Assembly (NCBI GenBank): GCA_965248835.1
Contig: CBDFLJ010000001.1
Coordinates: 1,248,001-1,312,000 of the forward strand
Length of the DNA stretch: 64,000 bases
Origin: Alphaproteobacteria bacterium
GTDB lineage: Bacteria > Pseudomonadota > Alphaproteobacteria > MPNO01
Direction: 5' to 3'
Of this stretch, positions 60,301-64,000 are shown piece after piece; positions within the stretch are counted from its first letter, which is position 1; each line of letters opens with the position of its first letter. The position numbers and the translations under genes are program-made. The notes under the pieces were generated by a model that worked only from the letters and a program-made list of their open reading frames with translations, ran no database searches and had not been told where the DNA came from.

Positions 60301-60532
60301 AATCGTATTGCTGGCTCTCGGTGGCGAGCTTCTGTGCGGCCTCGTCGAAGACCAGCTCGCGCTGGTTCCGTTTACGCTTTTTCGGCTTCGGGATCGGCGT
60401 GATGAACGCGACGCGGCGACGCCGATCGAGGATCTGGTTCGTAGGCTGGCCGATTTCATCGAGTTCCCAATGGCGTGATGGATACTCGTAGGGTGAATTG
60501 AGGATCGGGCGGTCAAAGAAGCTTTCCGTCAT
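57392..60532 (-). CDS. Type III restriction-like endonuclease/SF2 ATPase (BPTD_3080-like) with C-terminal VapB-like tail
   Basis: LATGTGKT, NDEAHH, SATP, MLTEGWD, QVVGRALRR, PD-(D/E)xK nuclease IPDF...VEIKG; tail AAEWLAQAGGSAPNLEYIPRRQSE. Confidence 0.9.
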   Translation of the reverse strand: MTESFFDRPILNSPYEYPSRHWELDEIGQPTNQILDRRRRVAFITPIPKPKKRKRNQRELVFDEAAQKLATESQQYDLMEIINSVRHAVDDWRALPDPAQWRVTPETARLLRHWRHHEFNSFRPFFCQVEAVETVIWLTEVAPNLGAAGKRFLEHLGAANAQANPDLARLALKLATGTGKTTVMAMLIAWQTINAVRRPNSRRFTRGFLVVTPGLTIRDRLRVLQPNDPDSYYKSRELVPDDMLGDLDRAKIVITNFHAFKPRETMSVSKGGRALLQGRGPELSSVETTGQMLQRVMPELMGMKNVMVLNDEAHHCYREKPGEDDEGDLKGDDRKEAEKNREAARLWISGLEAVGRKLGLNRVIDLSATPFFLRGSGYAEGTLFPWTMCDFSLMDAIECGIVKLPRVPVADNIPGGDMPKFRNLWDHIGKEMPKKGRGKAPNLDPLKIPITLQTAMEALYGHYAKTFELWKDADIDVPPCFIVVCNNTSTSKVVYDYISGFVRENPDGSTTLESGRLELFRNFDEHGNPLARPHTLLIDSEQLESGQALDRNFRSMAVDEIDRFRREIVERTGDRQQAENLSDQDLLREVMNTVGKVGRLGGATRCVVSVSMLTEGWDANTVTHVLGVRAFGTQLLCEQVVGRALRRQSYDLNEEGRMDVEYADVLGIPFDFTAKPVVAPPQPPRPIVQVKAMSPDRDACEIHFPRVAGYRIELPEKRLQARFDDDSTLELTPEIVGPSITRNEGIIGEGVNLSLEHLGDLRVSTLLFHLTKRLIETKWRDPGEEPKLFLFGQLKRITRRWLDNHLVCKGGTYPAQLIYQELADMACERITNGIVEAHVDERPVKAVLDPYNPAGSTIHVRFTTSKKTLWETDPRRCHVNWVVCDGDWEAEFCRVAEAHPRVHAYVKNQGLGLEVPYRHGSSAHTYIPDFIVLVDDGHGDDDPLHLIVEIKGYRGEDAKDKKATMDTYWVPGVNRLGAYGRWAFAEFRDVYAMEHDFAAKVEAEFDGIIERFRSTAELDAAEWLAQAGGSAPNLEYIPRRQSEITE

Positions 60533-60554
60533 TTCCGCAATCTCCAATCCTCCA

Positions 60555-60845
60555 TCACGCCGCTGGCGAAAGCCGCTCGATCTTGATCCGGTTCGCCTTC
60601 TTCATCGCCTGCGCCGGCTCGTAGGTCGATTGAAGACGGTATCAGGTCTCTGCGCCGCCGCCGAACGCCCTGTCGAGGCGGATCGCCATCTCGGGTGAGA
60701 TACCGGAACGGCAATTCACGATATCCGAAAGCTGCTTGCGGCTGATACCCAGCCTGCGTGCCGCCTCCGTCACGCTGAGCCCTAGCGGCTCCAGACAATC
60801 GTGACGAACGGACAGGCCCCGATGGAGTGGGTTCTTCATCGGCAT
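60555..60845 (-). pseudogene. higA: HigA antitoxin with premature stop
   Basis: MPMKNP...[18 protein letters not shown]...[24 protein letters not shown]...; TGA (60642-60644) at the conserved Trp position. Confidence 0.85.
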
Positions 60846-60857
60846 GTCCCAATCCCC

Positions 60858-60998
60858 CTAATGATAGTCAATCAGGCCCACATCCCTGACATCCCGTCTC
60901 TCGAAGCGGAGGATGATGCGCCAGTTGCCAGACACCCTGACCGCCCGATAACCCGCCGGATCGCCGTTCAACGGGTGTAATTCGAAACCGGGCAGGTC
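60858..60998 (-). pseudogene. higB: HigB (RelE-family) toxin, 5'-truncated
   Basis: DLPGFELHPLNGD..GYRAVRVSGNWRIILRF....DVGLIDYH*; N-terminal half absent. Confidence 0.82.
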
Positions 60999-61022
60999 AC
61001 AAACCGAAACGGTGATTGTCAC

Positions 61023-61285
61023 CTAGCGACTTCGGCGATCCTGCTTGCGATCCGATTGGGGGCGGACTTGACGGGATCGTTGGCGAGATGGGCATAGCGG
61101 GCAGTGGTCTGGACCTGGGTGTGCCCGAGCGGCTTCCCGATCATTGCTAGGCCTTCGCCGACCGGCAGTCCGTCGTTGGCGAAGCTGTGGTGAAGATCAT
61201 AGATGCGCAGGTCCTCGAACCCCGCGCGCTCGAATGCGCCGCCAGGCGTATTGCAGATCGGTACGATGACTTCCGGGCTTACGGC
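61023..61285 (-). pseudogene. Tyrosine integrase C-terminal remnant
   Basis: GRKPGSHRTDLQYAWRRIRAR / GFEDLRIYDLHHSFA...MIGKPLGHTQVQTTARYAHL; frameshift and degraded HxxR motif. Confidence 0.85.
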
Positions 61286-61309
61286 CCGAATTCGCCCTGT
61301 GGCGCAAAC
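61286..61309 (+). repeat. 24-bp direct repeat (attR-like); displaced 3' end of the RraA-family gene
   Basis: Exact copy of 50575-50598; reads EFALWRKRARLSA* in the RraA frame. Confidence 0.92.
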
Positions 61310-61437
61310 GCGCTAGGCTGTCTGCGTGACAGGTCTCGCGCGCCGAAATCCGTCGGGTGAACGCGGACGACCGACCTGGGCGCGGATTTGCTAGTCTTCG
61401 GAACCTCGAAACGGTCGGCATCCAGGGAGGCCCGGAC

Positions 61438-62109
61438 ATGGAGGCTTACGTATATGGCGAGAAACGCAGCTTGCCTGAGGGGTTCGGCGAGTTCGCCGAC
61501 CGGGGCAAAAGCGCGGTCGTGTCGATCGACATGCACCAGAGCCACCTCGCCGACACCCCGGACTGTCCGTGCCCGGCGCCGCGCGCACGCGCGATCATCG
61601 GCCCGATCGACCGGTTCCATGTCGAGGCCAGGCGTCTGCAGGTGCCGGTCATCCATGTCCGGACCGTGCTGCGCGAGGGCGGGATCGACGACGTGCGCGG
61701 CGGCCGCGCCGCCTGGCGGCTGGTCTTTCCGCTGTTCGTCGGCGAGATCCCCAACGCCGATGCGCACGCCATCGCCGGCAGCCGCTGGACCGCGTTCGAA
61801 ACTGCCGTCGCGCCCGGCGATCACATCGTGGAGACCAAGAAGCGGCTGTCGGTCTTCTACCCGACCGACCTCGACTTCCTGCTGCGCAACATCGGTGTGC
61901 GCACCGTCGCGCTCAACGGCGGGTTCACCGATTGCTGCGTGCTGAACGCGGCGTTTGACGCCAGCAACCACGACTACCGCGTCGTCGTGCTGCGCGATCT
62001 GGTGCGCGGCACCAACCCGGAGATGGAGGACGCCGCGCTCAAGATGGTCTCGCTCCATACCGGCCTGGTGATGGACTCCGAAGACCTGCTGGCGGCGTGG
62101 CAGAATTGA
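61438..62109 (+). CDS. Cysteine hydrolase (isochorismatase/nicotinamidase family)
   Basis: SIDMH, KKRLSVF and GGFTDCCV (Asp-Lys-Cys triad). Confidence 0.88.
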   Translation: MEAYVYGEKRSLPEGFGEFADRGKSAVVSIDMHQSHLADTPDCPCPAPRARAIIGPIDRFHVEARRLQVPVIHVRTVLREGGIDDVRGGRAAWRLVFPLFVGEIPNADAHAIAGSRWTAFETAVAPGDHIVETKKRLSVFYPTDLDFLLRNIGVRTVALNGGFTDCCVLNAAFDASNHDYRVVVLRDLVRGTNPEMEDAALKMVSLHTGLVMDSEDLLAAWQN

Positions 62110-62196
62110 CCCGACAGGCGGGCCGCCATATCGTGCCTTGCCGCATGGGATGGGATCTCCCATAGCGGGTAAGAGCCTTCGGGGACCGGTTCAACC

Positions 62197-64000
62197 ATGC
62201 CGCTTCGCGTCGCCATAGACACCGGCGGGACCTTCACCGACGTGATCGCACTCGATGAGGCGACCGGCGGCCAGTTCGCCATCAAGACCCCCAGCACACC
62301 GTCCGATCCGAGCCTCGGCCTGCTCAACGGAATCGACGAGGTGCTGAGCGCGGCGGGCGGCGCGCCGGGCGATATCAGCCAGATCCTGCACGGCACGACG
62401 ACGGCGACCAACGCGGTTCTGGAGCACAGGTTCGAGGGGTTGGGCCTGCTGGTCACCGCGGGCTTCCGCCACATGATCGAGATCGCCCGCCAGTCGGTGC
62501 CCGACGGCTACGGCAACTCGTTCTTCTGGGTAAAGCCGCGCCGGCTGGTGCCGCTCCATCTGGTGCGTGAGGTGACCGGCCGGCAGCGCCATGACGGCAG
62601 CGAGCATGTGCCGCTGGATCCCGCCAGCGTGGTCGAGGCGGTCGACGAGCTGGCCGCGCTCGGCGTCAGCCGGCTCGCGGTCTGCCTGCTGCACGCCTAC
62701 GCCAACCCGGCCCACGAGCGGGACGTCGGTGCCCTGATCGCCGAGCGGCATCCCGAAATCCATGTCTCGCTGTCCTCGGTCGTGCTGCCCGAATACCGCG
62801 AGTACGAGCGGGCGATGACCACGCTGATCGACGTGATGGTCAAGCCCTATTGCAAGACCTATCTGGCCCATGCCGAGCGCCGCATCGCCGAACGCTCGGG
62901 CGAGGTCCCGTTCCTGATCATGCAATCCAACGGCGGCATCGTCTCCAGCCAGACCGCCGGCGAGAAGCCGGTCACGATGCTGGTCTCCGGCCCCGCCGGC
63001 GGGGTGCTGGGCGCGACCCACATGGCGCGGCTGGCTGGTTACGAGAACATTCTGACGCTGGACGTCGGCGGCACCTCGACCGATGTCTCGCTGGTCCAGG
63101 ACCTGACCCCGCAGCTCACCAGCGCCTCGCTGATCGAGAGCTATCCGGTCAAGTGCCCGATGCTTGACATCGAGACCGTGGGCACCGGCGGCGGCTCGCT
63201 CGCCTGGATCGACGGCTACGGCGCGCTCAAGGTCGGCCCGCAAAGCGCGGGCGCCGATCCGGGGCCGATCTGCTACCGCCGCGGCGGCACCCGGCCGACG
63301 GTGACCGATGCCGGGCTGGTGCTCGGCCGGCTGCCCGATGCGCTGATCGGCGGCGGCCTCGTGCTCGAGGCCGCCGCGGCGCGCGCGGCCTATGAGAGTC
63401 TGGGCGAGACCCTCGGCCTGCCCGCCGAAGAGGCCGCTGCGGGCGTGCTCGAGATCGCCTCCGCCAACCAGGTGCACGGCATCCGCCGGGTCACGACGGC
63501 CCGCGGGCTCGACCCGGGCGACTACGCGATGGTCGCCTTCGGCGGCGCCGGCGGGCTGTTCGCCGCCGAGGTCTGCGATTTTCTCGGCATCACCACTGCG
63601 GTGGTGCCGCCCAACCCGGGCAACCTGTCGGCGTTCGGGCTGCATGTCTGCGACGTCAAGCGCGACTATGTGCGGACCTGCGTACGCCAGCAGTCGCGCC
63701 ACGATGCGGCCGAGCTCGAGGCGCTGTGGCAGACGCTCGAGGACGCCGGCCGGGCCGAGATCATGGCCGAAGGGGTCGCCGCCGCGGCGATCGCGCTGCG
63801 GCGCAGTGCCGATGTCCGCTATGTCGGCGAGGGCCACGAGGTGCCGGTGCCCATCCCCGACGGCGGCGACGCGGTGGCCGCGATGTGGCGGGAATTCCAC
63901 GGCGTGCACCTGCGCACCTTCGGCTTCCATTACGAGGGCCGCCAGGACGTCGAGGTCGTCAGCCTCCGGGTCCAGGCGACCGGCCGGGTCCACCGTCCGG
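62197..64000 (+). CDS. Hydantoinase/oxoprolinase alpha subunit (second copy, runs off the window)
   Basis: MPLRVAIDTGGTFTD, HGTT, SGPAGG, DVGGTSTD and FGGAGGL; absent from the ORF track because there is no stop in the window. Confidence 0.9.
   Translation, partial: MPLRVAIDTGGTFTDVIALDEATGGQFAIKTPSTPSDPSLGLLNGIDEVLSAAGGAPGDISQILHGTTTATNAVLEHRFEGLGLLVTAGFRHMIEIARQSVPDGYGNSFFWVKPRRLVPLHLVREVTGRQRHDGSEHVPLDPASVVEAVDELAALGVSRLAVCLLHAYANPAHERDVGALIAERHPEIHVSLSSVVLPEYREYERAMTTLIDVMVKPYCKTYLAHAERRIAERSGEVPFLIMQSNGGIVSSQTAGEKPVTMLVSGPAGGVLGATHMARLAGYENILTLDVGGTSTDVSLVQDLTPQLTSASLIESYPVKCPMLDIETVGTGGGSLAWIDGYGALKVGPQSAGADPGPICYRRGGTRPTVTDAGLVLGRLPDALIGGGLVLEAAAARAAYESLGETLGLPAEEAAAGVLEIASANQVHGIRRVTTARGLDPGDYAMVAFGGAGGLFAAEVCDFLGITTAVVPPNPGNLSAFGLHVCDVKRDYVRTCVRQQSRHDAAELEALWQTLEDAGRAEIMAEGVAAAAIALRRSADVRYVGEGHEVPVPIPDGGDAVAAMWREFHGVHLRTFGFHYEGRQDVEVVSLRVQATGRVHRP

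Larger units (their letters stand above)
50575..61309. mobile_element. Integrated defence island (type III-like RM, helicase, TA modules, decayed integrase)
   Basis: Exact 24-bp terminal direct repeats, tyrosine-integrase remnant at one end, all cargo on the minus strand. Confidence 0.88.

Noticed and set aside
60642-60644. In-frame TGA in higA as possible recoding (Sec or Trp)
   Set aside because: TGA is a normal stop throughout the window, the position is Trp rather than Cys, and neighbouring genes are also decayed
50575-61309. tRNA/tmRNA as island target
   Set aside because: No tRNA-like sequence at either end; the repeat lies in protein-coding sequence
62191-63993. 600-aa minus-strand ORF
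   Set aside because: Shadow of the real plus-strand hydantoinase A gene starting at 62197

Overview
High-GC alphaproteobacterial chromosome (Rhodospirillales-like gene set; taxonomy is inferred) with housekeeping and catabolic genes and two inserted islands, each bounded by a direct repeat visible in the sequence. From left to right: a LutABC lactate-utilisation operon, Smr, cysK/cysE and UDG; a two-subunit molybdoenzyme resembling pyrogallol-phloroglucinol transhydroxylase; a ~15.9 kb iron-uptake island with Fur-like boxes (imelysins, di-heme protein, DUF1513, DUF2325, TonB-dependent receptor, PepSY, HemP, ExbBDD-TonB) flanked by a 12-bp repeat; core genes (phhB, acetoacetate-CoA ligase, cobB, rlmN and others); a TRAP transporter, an OYE flavoenzyme, frc plus a non-canonical ThDP enzyme and a hydantoinase/oxoprolinase cluster; then a ~10.7 kb defence island inserted into the 3' end of an RraA-family gene (exact 24-bp direct repeat). 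That island carries a type III-like Res/Mod pair, a RelE-like/UvrD helicase fusion, an unknown protein and several decayed toxin-antitoxin modules. The most striking observation is that the Res subunit ends in a VapB32-like antitoxin tail and is translationally coupled (ATGA) to an intact VapC PIN toxin that has no other antitoxin gene nearby, a candidate restriction-enzyme-guarded toxin system. All family calls come from motif recognition; no database searches were run. No rRNA, tRNA or CRISPR array was seen.
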